In this document: piece after piece, positions 41,602 through 50,049 of the stretch
Layout of the letters: the number at the start of each line of letters is the position of its first letter
Numbering within the stretch: position 1 is the first letter of the stretch
Origin: a virus
Strand: one strand, 5' to 3'
Length of the DNA: 64,000 nucleotides
Virus record (IMG/VR): IMGVR_UViG_3300005573_000055
Coordinates: 1 to 64,000 of that record
Position numbers and translations under genes: made by a program
The notes under the pieces: generated by a model
The model's database searches: none
The model's input: the letters and a program-made list of their open reading frames with translations, nothing else
Told to the model about the DNA's origin: nothing

Positions 41602-42705
41602 TTATAAAGCTGTTGAAAGGTCAAATCCTATAGAATTAAGCCCTGAGTTATCTTTTAAGATACCCTGACGATATTCTTTGATTGTGGTTACTAAATCCTC
41701 TGTTGATATTGGCTCTGGATAATATATAGGATTCTTTAAGATTTGTTTCTTTTCTTCAATTGAAGCTTCATCAAATTTAATATCCTGGAGTATTTTTATG
41801 TGCTCCGAAATCTTCTTTGAGACTATAGTATTTACAATTTCTGGAAGGTCTGCTCCGCATATAGACTTGCGTTCCAGAGCTTTACTTACCATATTCCAAT
41901 TAATATCTCCAAGCTGAAGCTTCGTAAGATTTCTCTTTTTGATGTAAAGCTTAAGTCCATCAACCTTTGCTTCTGTAGTCAGATCTTTAAAGTAGATTAT
42001 CTTATCGAAACGGCCAGCTCTAATAGCTGCTGTGTCTATGCCTTCAAGATAATTTGTAGCCCCAATGACTGTAATGTTTTCAATGTTATTGTATCCTCCA
42101 GACATCCACTCGAGAAATACATTCACTCTTTTTGCAGAGGTCTCATGGATTTGATTTTCACGATTGGGAATCATAGCATCAATCTCATCGATAAATATTA
42201 TCACGTGACGCTTCTTTGATTCCGCTTCTGCAGCTTTGAAAAACATTCGCAGTGATTCAATTGGAGCATCGACCCATTTGTTAGCTATGTCTATATAGCT
42301 TAGACTCATAAGTGTTACTCTGTCGATAAGCCTTCTGCCTAAAGCTCTTACTGCAGCTGTTTTGCCTGTTCCTGGAGGGCCTACAAGTAAAATGCCTTTA
42401 GGCACTTTGGTATTCCATAACATGTAAATGCTTCTGTATAATATCGACTCAGCAAATCTTTTAAGTTCAGATATTGCTTCGTCCTGACCGACGATCTCAT
42501 CTAAATCAAGATCGCCAAGCTCCATTTGTGCGTCTTTGGCAGTGAACTCTTCTTGTTGTTTTTGATTTTCCCCTCGCAGATATTCATCGAGGAAATACTT
42601 TCTTTCCTTAGGAAGTTTTTTTACCTGCATGTTAAATCCAGAATTTGTCATTTGATTATCGTTTTTATTTGTATATTGCCCTGCCAAGGAGTGGGGTGAT
42701 GTCAT
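41602..42705 (-). CDS. AAA+ ATPase (Cdc48/FtsH/proteasome-ATPase clade)
   Basis: Walker A GPPGTGKT, Walker B IFIDEID, GATN, SRH RAGRFD and GADL. Confidence 0.9.
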   Translation of the reverse strand: MTSPHSLAGQYTNKNDNQMTNSGFNMQVKKLPKERKYFLDEYLRGENQKQQEEFTAKDAQMELGDLDLDEIVGQDEAISELKRFAESILYRSIYMLWNTKVPKGILLVGPPGTGKTAAVRALGRRLIDRVTLMSLSYIDIANKWVDAPIESLRMFFKAAEAESKKRHVIIFIDEIDAMIPNRENQIHETSAKRVNVFLEWMSGGYNNIENITVIGATNYLEGIDTAAIRAGRFDKIIYFKDLTTEAKVDGLKLYIKKRNLTKLQLGDINWNMVSKALERKSICGADLPEIVNTIVSKKISEHIKILQDIKFDEASIEEKKQILKNPIYYPEPISTEDLVTTIKEYRQGILKDNSGLNSIGFDLSTAL

Positions 42706-43417
42706 CTCTGCTAAAACCGCGTATTTTTAAATGATTTTTATAATCTTTATAGTTAATTTGTTCCCACTTTGGTCTTACAAAATCGTAGAACTCGCTTAGT
42801 TCTACGGGAAGTTCAGATGGCTCTTCCTCAAGTGGGATTTCATGTGTGTTAATTAGATTTTCTTTTCTAAATGCTGCTGTAAGTTCATTACGAACTCTTG
42901 CAGTAGTATACCTAATGATAAATCCTGCTGCTGTGGCGGTTATTTTGGGTAGACTATGCAGATATCTTATGACTCTGTATAAAGCAAAATATATCTGTCC
43001 GTCAAGTCCCACTGTTTTGTCATATCTGTTTAGAAATTCAAGATAGTCAAAAACCTCATCTTCTGCAATACTGTAACGACCATTATAGAATAAAATCTTT
43101 ACCTGATATGGTGTAAAGAACTCATAGTAGTTCCTAAACATCAGCAGCTGATAGATAAAATCAATCAGCTCTGGATGCCTTTCCCACAGCAATGCTGTCA
43201 GCATTTCAGGATTGAGCTTATTGATATACTGTCTTATAAACTTATCGACTTTTCCATATATTATGTTTATTCTTACGCGGCTTATCGTGTGACATCTATC
43301 AGTTGACTTGCTCTTCGATCGCTTCACGGCCGCCTGATATGTATGCCCATAGTAAATCTTTACAAGCGTAAAATACTTTTGCAAAGAGAGCATTCTGATC
43401 GCTGATGGCTTCATCAT
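42665..43417 (-). CDS. Hypothetical protein (weak sigma region 2-like segment); start uncertain
   Basis: 250 aa ORF; GQIYFALYRVI...FIIRYTTARVRNEL loosely recalls sigma region 2. Confidence 0.35.
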   Translation of the reverse strand: MMKPSAIRMLSLQKYFTLVKIYYGHTYQAAVKRSKSKSTDRCHTISRVRINIIYGKVDKFIRQYINKLNPEMLTALLWERHPELIDFIYQLLMFRNYYEFFTPYQVKILFYNGRYSIAEDEVFDYLEFLNRYDKTVGLDGQIYFALYRVIRYLHSLPKITATAAGFIIRYTTARVRNELTAAFRKENLINTHEIPLEEEPSELPVELSEFYDFVRPKWEQINYKDYKNHLKIRGFSRDDITPLLGRAIYK

Positions 43418-43646
43418 CTGGTACCGGTGTGCTAAAGCCTACATCAGGATATTGCTCTTTTGGTATGTTTTTGACTATGTCTTTAAATAATATTTGCGGT
43501 GAGGCGAATATCTTAAAGCGCTGATCTTTCTCGTCGTAAAAATATCCTAACTCCTTGAATATACCAAACTTTTCAAGATACTGTCTTACAAAATCCATAA
43601 AGAGTTTTTGATTGTCGGTTAGTTGTGGTATTGTTTGTTCAGACAT
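43299..43646 (-). CDS. Hypothetical protein
   Basis: 115 aa with AGGAG RBS. Confidence 0.6.
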   Translation of the reverse strand: MSEQTIPQLTDNQKLFMDFVRQYLEKFGIFKELGYFYDEKDQRFKIFASPQILFKDIVKNIPKEQYPDVGFSTPVPDDEAISDQNALFAKVFYACKDLLWAYISGGREAIEEQVN

Positions 43647-43657
43647 GTTATATTCTC

Positions 43658-44584
43658 CTATTTATTGTAGGTGTAAGTGGATTTGCGTTCCTCAACGCTT
43701 TTGTATATACCACGTAAAACTCTTTCATCAAATTTAAGCAATAATTTTCTATAATGCCTATCTAATTTACCTGCAAGACGATATTTTCTGTTGTCAATGT
43801 ATCTTAACCTGATAAGCAGTTCAAGCAATGTGTTATATACAAGCGCTTCATATCTAATAAATGTTTTAATATCCAGATGAAGAAGTTTTTTATGGCCTTT
43901 GAAAAACAGTCTTACAATCCATCCTATAACTGGCAATGCTGCAAGTCTGCTTAAGAATGTGCTGTTTTGTGTGAATATAGCCTTTTTTGGATTAAGCTTG
44001 AATGTTAAACATAAGACAACCAGCAGTCTTATGAGGCTTGTCGATACTTTGTCACTTATAGGGAACAGACTATTGGCATCATGCTGAATGCAAATTCCTA
44101 TTGAGCGTATATTTGATCCGTATGAATGCCATGTGATCCTGTCAAGCGGCACAATTTGCTGAATAGTGCCTTCAGAATCTATCAGAAAGTGCCATGTAAC
44201 ACCTGGCAGTGTCTTACCTGTAACGTCGTTATTTGATGATGTATCAAATTTAATAAGCTTACTTAGGCCCCAAGAGCCATCGCCTGTAATACCGATGGTA
44301 ATTCTGTCAATTGCATCTAAAGGTCTTTGTCTCCAGTTCTTCCAATACTCACCGTCGCTGAAGGCAGTATTGTCAAAAATTATCCATCTGCACATATAAG
44401 TCGTATTAAGCACCGCCTGACTGTACTTTTCCATTTGCTCTTCTGACGGCGTTGCAATGAAATGACCTTTGCGTCTGATGCCATAATTGTCACGTTTTCT
44501 AAAACCGCCGCGTATACGACCGCCTAAACTAAGCTTATTAAGCAGTTTTAGATAGATTGTATATAATGTTATCCATATGTTCAT
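43658..44584 (-). CDS. Amidase_2/PGRP-fold protein, probably catalytically inactive
   Basis: WHFLIDSEGTIQQIVPLDRITWHS.G.N.RSIGIC is typical, but the first Zn-His motif reads ITIGIT. Confidence 0.7.
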   Translation of the reverse strand: MNIWITLYTIYLKLLNKLSLGGRIRGGFRKRDNYGIRRKGHFIATPSEEQMEKYSQAVLNTTYMCRWIIFDNTAFSDGEYWKNWRQRPLDAIDRITIGITGDGSWGLSKLIKFDTSSNNDVTGKTLPGVTWHFLIDSEGTIQQIVPLDRITWHSYGSNIRSIGICIQHDANSLFPISDKVSTSLIRLLVVLCLTFKLNPKKAIFTQNSTFLSRLAALPVIGWIVRLFFKGHKKLLHLDIKTFIRYEALVYNTLLELLIRLRYIDNRKYRLAGKLDRHYRKLLLKFDERVLRGIYKSVEERKSTYTYNK

Positions 44585-45083
44585 CTATCAAACTCCTTAT
44601 GTTATTGAGTGTAATGTCATCTTTGTAACTTATTCTGATAAGGTAATAACCTTTTGACTTAAGCATTGATTCTTTTTGCTTGTCGTTGTCCTCTAAGTGT
44701 TCAAATTTCTTGATGCCGGAGACTCCTTCGCCGTGAATCCAGCGATTTACTCCAAAGTGAAATTCTCCGTCATATTCTATAGCAAGCTTTAAGTCTTCTA
44801 TTAAAATGTCTATGTAAAATCCTTCCATGTAAACATTGTCTTGTATGTCATAATTTGGAAAGATTTGCTTTAGTATGTAGAGAAGCTCAAGTTCCTTTTG
44901 TGAGCGTGTTGTATTCTTGTAAGGCTCTAATATTTCAGTTACTATCTGTAAATCAAAACCTGTCAGTTCTGCTATTTCTTCGAATGAACATCCTTCAAGG
45001 TATAGTTTAACTATATCATTCTTAGATCTTAAGGCAATGATATAATCCCTTCTTTTCTTGCGATTAGAATTAACATTTTCCAT
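44538..45083 (-). CDS. HTH plus Vsr/DUF559-like endonuclease
   Basis: LYLEG.SFEEIAELTG HTH; IDI....LAIEYDGEFH...D..K......GYYLIRI. Confidence 0.75.
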   Translation of the reverse strand: MENVNSNRKKRRDYIIALRSKNDIVKLYLEGCSFEEIAELTGFDLQIVTEILEPYKNTTRSQKELELLYILKQIFPNYDIQDNVYMEGFYIDILIEDLKLAIEYDGEFHFGVNRWIHGEGVSGIKKFEHLEDNDKQKESMLKSKGYYLIRISYKDDITLNNIRSLIDEHMDNIIYNLSKTA

Positions 45084-45316
45084 AGATTGTCATCCTCTAT
45101 GACTTTAAGATGTGCTATGTCAACAAGATTGTCTGTGAGCTTGTTGCTTACGGCTTCTTCTATGTATATTTTTTGAGAACTTAGCACCTTGTAGATAATA
45201 AAGATTCTCTCTTTGATCTTGATTGTACCTAAATGCTGAAACTTTACACCGTTGTCTTCATAGATGCGTTCTTCTGATGTAAAGTTGTATACTTGTATCT
45301 CTGGTGTGATTATCAT
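45029..45316 (-). CDS. Hypothetical protein
   Basis: 95 aa, ATGA-coupled to the upstream gene. Confidence 0.55.
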   Translation of the reverse strand: MIITPEIQVYNFTSEERIYEDNGVKFQHLGTIKIKERIFIIYKVLSSQKIYIEEAVSNKLTDNLVDIAHLKVIEDDNLWKMLILIARKEGIISLP

Positions 45317-46053
45317 AGTTTACTCCATGCTGTGCAGATTTCTCTTGCCCTGCATGTGTAGCAGGAGTTCTCGTTTGGCAAGTCAAAATCGCTTTCTATT
45401 AAGTCAGCCATTTGCAAAAGCCTGTGCTTAGAAAGCTTTAGCATTTCTTCTGTTACTGGAATAAAACTTAAATTCGTATATACTGGTTTTATTCTAAACT
45501 CTAAACTGATAAATCCATTACACTTGTATGGCAGCATTATGTCCTTAAAAGTACTTGTGGCAATGTATCTACTGCCATGCTTTAGCTGTATAGTATCATC
45601 CGAGTTTACAATAAATGCTGGAAACAGTTCTCCTTCTTTGTAAAAAACAATATCTATTACATCGTGATATACGGCTTTAGTGAAAACTTTTTCTATAGGA
45701 TAATCGTAGGCTGCAAGTTTAAAACCTTTTTCTTTCAGCATTGCTTCAAGTATAGCATGTATTTCGTTAATGACCATCGTGAAATTGTTAACATATCTTA
45801 ATGACAAACCTGAGTAGTCTCCTTTGAATTCGTCGAGCAGACTGTTAAATATATTTTGTGTGCTTGACAGGGCTATGAACTTTTGGCGTTTGAAAGACAC
45901 AGCAATAGTTCTCATGATAGTCATTTTGACTATGTGGTCTTTTTCTTTTATGCCAAGATGACGATAGTTCTTAAAGTAGTAAGGACATCGGAAGAACTCC
46001 TGGATGTCCTTACCTGAAAAGCTGTAGTTTTTAACTTCTAAGTCATTAACCAT
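45313..46053 (-). CDS. Degenerate PD-(D/E)xK / Cas4-AddB-like protein
   Basis: N-terminal FFRCPYYF and C-terminal CYTC.AREIC are kept, but there is no recognisable (D/E)xK after IDIV. Confidence 0.55.
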   Translation of the reverse strand: MVNDLEVKNYSFSGKDIQEFFRCPYYFKNYRHLGIKEKDHIVKMTIMRTIAVSFKRQKFIALSSTQNIFNSLLDEFKGDYSGLSLRYVNNFTMVINEIHAILEAMLKEKGFKLAAYDYPIEKVFTKAVYHDVIDIVFYKEGELFPAFIVNSDDTIQLKHGSRYIATSTFKDIMLPYKCNGFISLEFRIKPVYTNLSFIPVTEEMLKLSKHRLLQMADLIESDFDLPNENSCYTCRAREICTAWSKL

Positions 46054-48658
46054 AGACTACATCTAATACCTGTTTGTAAAATGATGGCTTGGGTATCTTA
46101 TCTAAAATGCTTTCTGGTTCTACTCCTTCAAGATTGAAATATCTGCTTAAGATTTCTCGGGTAGGACCTTCGGATGCAGCTACATCTTTAGCAGTTAGTT
46201 CCATAAATAATGCTTTTTCTGGGTAGAAGTAATAAAATATGTCGTTTTTGAACTTGCTGATTTTGTTCTTAGTGACAGCAAGTTTGACTATAGGAAGTTT
46301 GTTTTCCTCGGTGCGTTCGTTAATCGGCACTTGTGGATCCCAGTAATATAATGCAGTTGTATCTGGATTGGTATGCATTTCATTTAGCAAGTGGCCTATC
46401 CAGTTTGCATCATACTCCAAGGATTTGCTATACTTAATCATTTCATTTAGCTTTTGACGGCTGTTGCTTCTTTGAGTGCCTAACTCTCCTTTTCTGTATT
46501 CTATTGTAGCAAAGGTCGTTACATTTAAGTCAACCGATATGTCTTGCTTTAGCGTTCTGGCAAGTTTTGTCAGTTTAACGATTTCATCTGATGATTCGAA
46601 ATCAGTAAGTTTATACATATTATCAAGGAAGTAGAGAACACGGCGGCCCGGGTATTGCTCTTGAATGTTGGTAATAACATTATATGCCGTCTGAATTGTG
46701 CTTCCTACAGTCGAGTCTTTGATAATTAGCCTTCCACGCTGAACCCAGTCTTTTACTTTCTGAATGGCCATATTTCTTACATACATAAATGCCTCATCTG
46801 ATTTCATGCCATACATATCTGGAGCAGCTACTCTGTTGATATTGATATACGGATGCTCAAATGCTGCAAGTGCTGAGACAAATCTTGGGAATATCTCATC
46901 AAATGAGTCGTCTATTGTATGAAAGAATATGCATACATCGTTATATCTTTCAGGTGAGCCAATTTGATCCCAATGCGGGAAGTCTTCGTGAGCATTTAAG
47001 ATACTTATTGCAAGATTTATCATGAATGAAGATTTACCAGCATTAGGTTCTCCACCTAAGATAAACAACTTTTTGTTCATTGGACCTAGGTGCTTCTTTT
47101 CGAATATTGGCATCCCGCCAAAGTATAAGAAGTTCTCTTGCGAATAGGTATCTGATCTTAAAACAAAGTCGTCTATGACATTTAGCGTATGACTGAATCC
47201 ATAGAGGTCGTTGTTATATCTTGCCATTATCTCACGAATGGCATTTTGGCTTTCCTGAAAGATCAGAAGTGCATTATCTGGATCTTTTTCTAAAGCAGCG
47301 ATTGCAGAACGAACTATGTTGGCACGTTCTGTTTTGATAGCTTTTTCTCTGTGGTTAATAAGCTTACTTAATTCGCTGCGCAAAGCATTAATATTTACAC
47401 CACAGACCTCTGACAGCTCATTTAGCTTTTGTTCTTTTTGGATTTCGCTTGATTCATTAGCGACAAGCTTGACCATCATCTCAGCAATTTCATAGTCATT
47501 GAATTGACCAGACTGCTTGAGATAGTCCAGCTTCCATGTAAATGTTGTTACATGGCGAAGTCTTAAGAAAGCCTCCGGTCCGTATTTGACTATGTAGGAA
47601 TTAGGATCTTCTCCTTCGGGCAACCATACAACGCGGCTTCTAAAGTTATTGATTCCTTCGAGAATAGAGGTTATTGCCTTAATGGTAGCAGCTTCACCTG
47701 CTTTATCGCCATCTAAGACAAAGACTATATCGTTTTCTCCAAGACGCTGCAAAGCCATTATGTGTTCTTCAGAGAATGTAGAACCGCATATAGCTATAGC
47801 TCTATAGCCTGCTTTGTCTAAAGCAATAGCATCTGTCTGGCCTTCTGTGATGTATAATGACTTAATCTTTGACTGTTTGCGTAAAGCACGGTTGATATTA
47901 TATAATGTTCCGCGCATTCTAAAGACGGCATTGGATTGTGTATTTACATACTTGGAACCTATGCCATTTTCTTTGTCAAAAGCACAATTTCTTGCGGCAA
48001 AGCCGTTTACATTGCCGTTTTCGTCTATGATAGCAAAGATGAGATTGTTTTCGTTGAAGATTGTACTTGTAATACCAGCCTTAGCAATTATTTCATCGTC
48101 AAATCCTGTTGCCTTAAGCTGACTTACAAGATTTCTGTAATCGCTGCAGTATCCAACACTAAAGTCGATAAACAATTCCTCTTTTAAGCCGTGGCTGTCT
48201 ATGTATTCCTTTACAGCTTGATTTACTGTATGGAAATTCTTTCTCAGCTCGCCTATAATTATGTCTTTGACCACTGCATTGACAGATCTTATATTGAGCT
48301 TTTCTAGCTCTTCAGCTGTGAGAGGCCTTATATCAACTTCAAAGCCATACATTTCTGCAAGCGGCTGAAGGTTCTTTAAGATAAAATCATAGCCAGACAG
48401 TGGTGCGCCTGTCAGAATGTGATTGGCAACGAATATATCACCTGTTCTGCCACAGCCCATGCATGCATACATAAGTTCGTCGTTAAACGAACGATATATA
48501 TGCATCGATGGATTGGAATCTTCATGGTCGGGATAGATGCATTGGAACATCTTCTCCCCTTTACGTCTGATGCCGTGGCGTTTAAGAAAGTCTGGTAAAT
48601 AGTTTTTAAGCAGCTTTTTTGCTTCAGCAACTGAGAGCTTTATCTTTTGCTTTTCCAT
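46046..48658 (-). CDS. DNA primase-helicase fusion (CHC2 Zn finger, TOPRIM, DnaB-like helicase)
   Basis: C..PDH.D.NPS...CMGC...GD, KYVN, ITEG.TDA, LDGDKAG, DP, Walker A GEPNAGKSS, LEYDA and KNK. Confidence 0.92.
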   Translation of the reverse strand: MEKQKIKLSVAEAKKLLKNYLPDFLKRHGIRRKGEKMFQCIYPDHEDSNPSMHIYRSFNDELMYACMGCGRTGDIFVANHILTGAPLSGYDFILKNLQPLAEMYGFEVDIRPLTAEELEKLNIRSVNAVVKDIIIGELRKNFHTVNQAVKEYIDSHGLKEELFIDFSVGYCSDYRNLVSQLKATGFDDEIIAKAGITSTIFNENNLIFAIIDENGNVNGFAARNCAFDKENGIGSKYVNTQSNAVFRMRGTLYNINRALRKQSKIKSLYITEGQTDAIALDKAGYRAIAICGSTFSEEHIMALQRLGENDIVFVLDGDKAGEAATIKAITSILEGINNFRSRVVWLPEGEDPNSYIVKYGPEAFLRLRHVTTFTWKLDYLKQSGQFNDYEIAEMMVKLVANESSEIQKEQKLNELSEVCGVNINALRSELSKLINHREKAIKTERANIVRSAIAALEKDPDNALLIFQESQNAIREIMARYNNDLYGFSHTLNVIDDFVLRSDTYSQENFLYFGGMPIFEKKHLGPMNKKLFILGGEPNAGKSSFMINLAISILNAHEDFPHWDQIGSPERYNDVCIFFHTIDDSFDEIFPRFVSALAAFEHPYININRVAAPDMYGMKSDEAFMYVRNMAIQKVKDWVQRGRLIIKDSTVGSTIQTAYNVITNIQEQYPGRRVLYFLDNMYKLTDFESSDEIVKLTKLARTLKQDISVDLNVTTFATIEYRKGELGTQRSNSRQKLNEMIKYSKSLEYDANWIGHLLNEMHTNPDTTALYYWDPQVPINERTEENKLPIVKLAVTKNKISKFKNDIFYYFYPEKALFMELTAKDVAASEGPTREILSRYFNLEGVEPESILDKIPKPSFYKQVLDVVYG

Positions 48659-48667
48659 AGTGGCCTG

Positions 48668-48925
48668 TTAGTTTACTTGTTCCATGTTTCTATCTAAGAT
48701 TTCCTTTACTTTAGCTTCTATGTCTTCGATTGTAATTCCAAGTTTATCCATTAAGATTAAATATATGGCTTCTGTATTTAGAAGAGCTGTTTGTGTGCCA
48801 TGATTTATTCTTTGAACTTCTTCCCGAAGAGTAATGAAGTCTTTTGCAATAGCGCGCATTAACTCTTCAAAGCCTTCTGAACTGCCTTGTTTGTTTAAGT
48901 CGTCTAAAGTGATAATCTTAGCCAT
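48668..48925 (-). CDS. Hypothetical protein
   Basis: 85 aa with AAGGAG RBS. Confidence 0.6.
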   Translation of the reverse strand: MAKIITLDDLNKQGSSEGFEELMRAIAKDFITLREEVQRINHGTQTALLNTEAIYLILMDKLGITIEDIEAKVKEILDRNMEQVN

Positions 48926-48961
48926 TCTTTCTCCTTGTGATTGGTGGTTGTGTGTGGTCTT

Positions 48962-50017
48962 TTAAAGTTGAACGAACTTAATTAACTCAACAGGGTTACT
49001 TTTATGAACTACTATAATGGTTTGTTCAGAATAACCTTCTGGTATAAGCAGGCTTCTTGCAAATTGGTCTTGAGCAAGGAAAGAACCATTTCTAATTACT
49101 CGTGCCTTGCCCGCAGTGACAACCATTGTGTCATGAAAGTGCCCTGTAAGTATAACATCTACTTTATCGGAAAGTGCCAGTCCCAAGATGGAAACCTTTG
49201 ATGTTGGTGTATAGAGATTCCTTTTCATCTCATGAATAGCACCAAAGTTCCATCCTTTGACATTAAAGACTATGTCAGGTTTTTCTGTGGCATATTGGAT
49301 ATCAACATTTTTGATATCATTGTAATTCTGCTTGGCAAATTCGATCATTTTCTCAAGCAGAATGTAAACCTGTGTATCATAATTGTCTTTAATGGGATGG
49401 AACAGTTTTTCCTGGGTGCGGCTTTGGCCGTGATTGCCTGGCACTCCATAGATGCGTATTTTGCAATGTGGAAACAGCCTTTGCAGTTTAATGATATTAC
49501 GCAGAAAGCAATCCACAGAGGCCATGATTTGGGAGACAATACTTTCTTCAATCATGGCCTTCTGGAAACTAAATATGCTGCCGTCTCCTTCGAGTAAGTC
49601 TCCGCCAAAAACTACAACAACTTCATCGAAAGCTTGTTCTCCTAAGAACTTAATTGTAAGAATCGCATTGTCGAATAAACTATCGACTAAAGTTCGTGCT
49701 TTTTCTATATCAAAGATGATTGTGCCGTTCTTCTCAAATACTTTGCCGAAATGCACATCAAATATGTTTATTATTAAAGCACGCTTATCTATATCGGTTT
49801 CGGAGTAGTTTTTTGGCGGTCTGCCTCGTCTTTTCTTTGCTTGTATTTGCAACTCTTCGCTAAGGCTTTCTATGGACTCCAGTATAGCACTCTTGATGTG
49901 GTGTTTTAAGAGTGCTCTTTCTTTATAGCCAAGGTTTTTGGCTTTCTCGTCCAGTAAATTTATAAGCCTTATGTCGTTGCCATTTACAGAGAATTTCTGC
50001 CTTAGAGCTTTTCTCAT
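48962..50017 (-). CDS. Calcineurin-like metallophosphoesterase with AT-hook
   Basis: DVHFG, GDLLEG, GNHG, IH and GHFH motifs; KRRGRPPK AT-hook. Confidence 0.85.
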   Translation of the reverse strand: MRKALRQKFSVNGNDIRLINLLDEKAKNLGYKERALLKHHIKSAILESIESLSEELQIQAKKRRGRPPKNYSETDIDKRALIINIFDVHFGKVFEKNGTIIFDIEKARTLVDSLFDNAILTIKFLGEQAFDEVVVVFGGDLLEGDGSIFSFQKAMIEESIVSQIMASVDCFLRNIIKLQRLFPHCKIRIYGVPGNHGQSRTQEKLFHPIKDNYDTQVYILLEKMIEFAKQNYNDIKNVDIQYATEKPDIVFNVKGWNFGAIHEMKRNLYTPTSKVSILGLALSDKVDVILTGHFHDTMVVTAGKARVIRNGSFLAQDQFARSLLIPEGYSEQTIIVVHKSNPVELIKFVQL

Positions 50018-50049
50018 TCTTCTGCCTCGACTTGTGTGTGTGTAAATTT

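Noticed and set aside
43240-43417. Programmed frameshift at the start of the 42665-43417 gene (short ATG ORF at 43295 in another frame)
   Set aside because: There is no clear slippery site. An overlapping upstream start or a downstream ATG explains the gene equally well.
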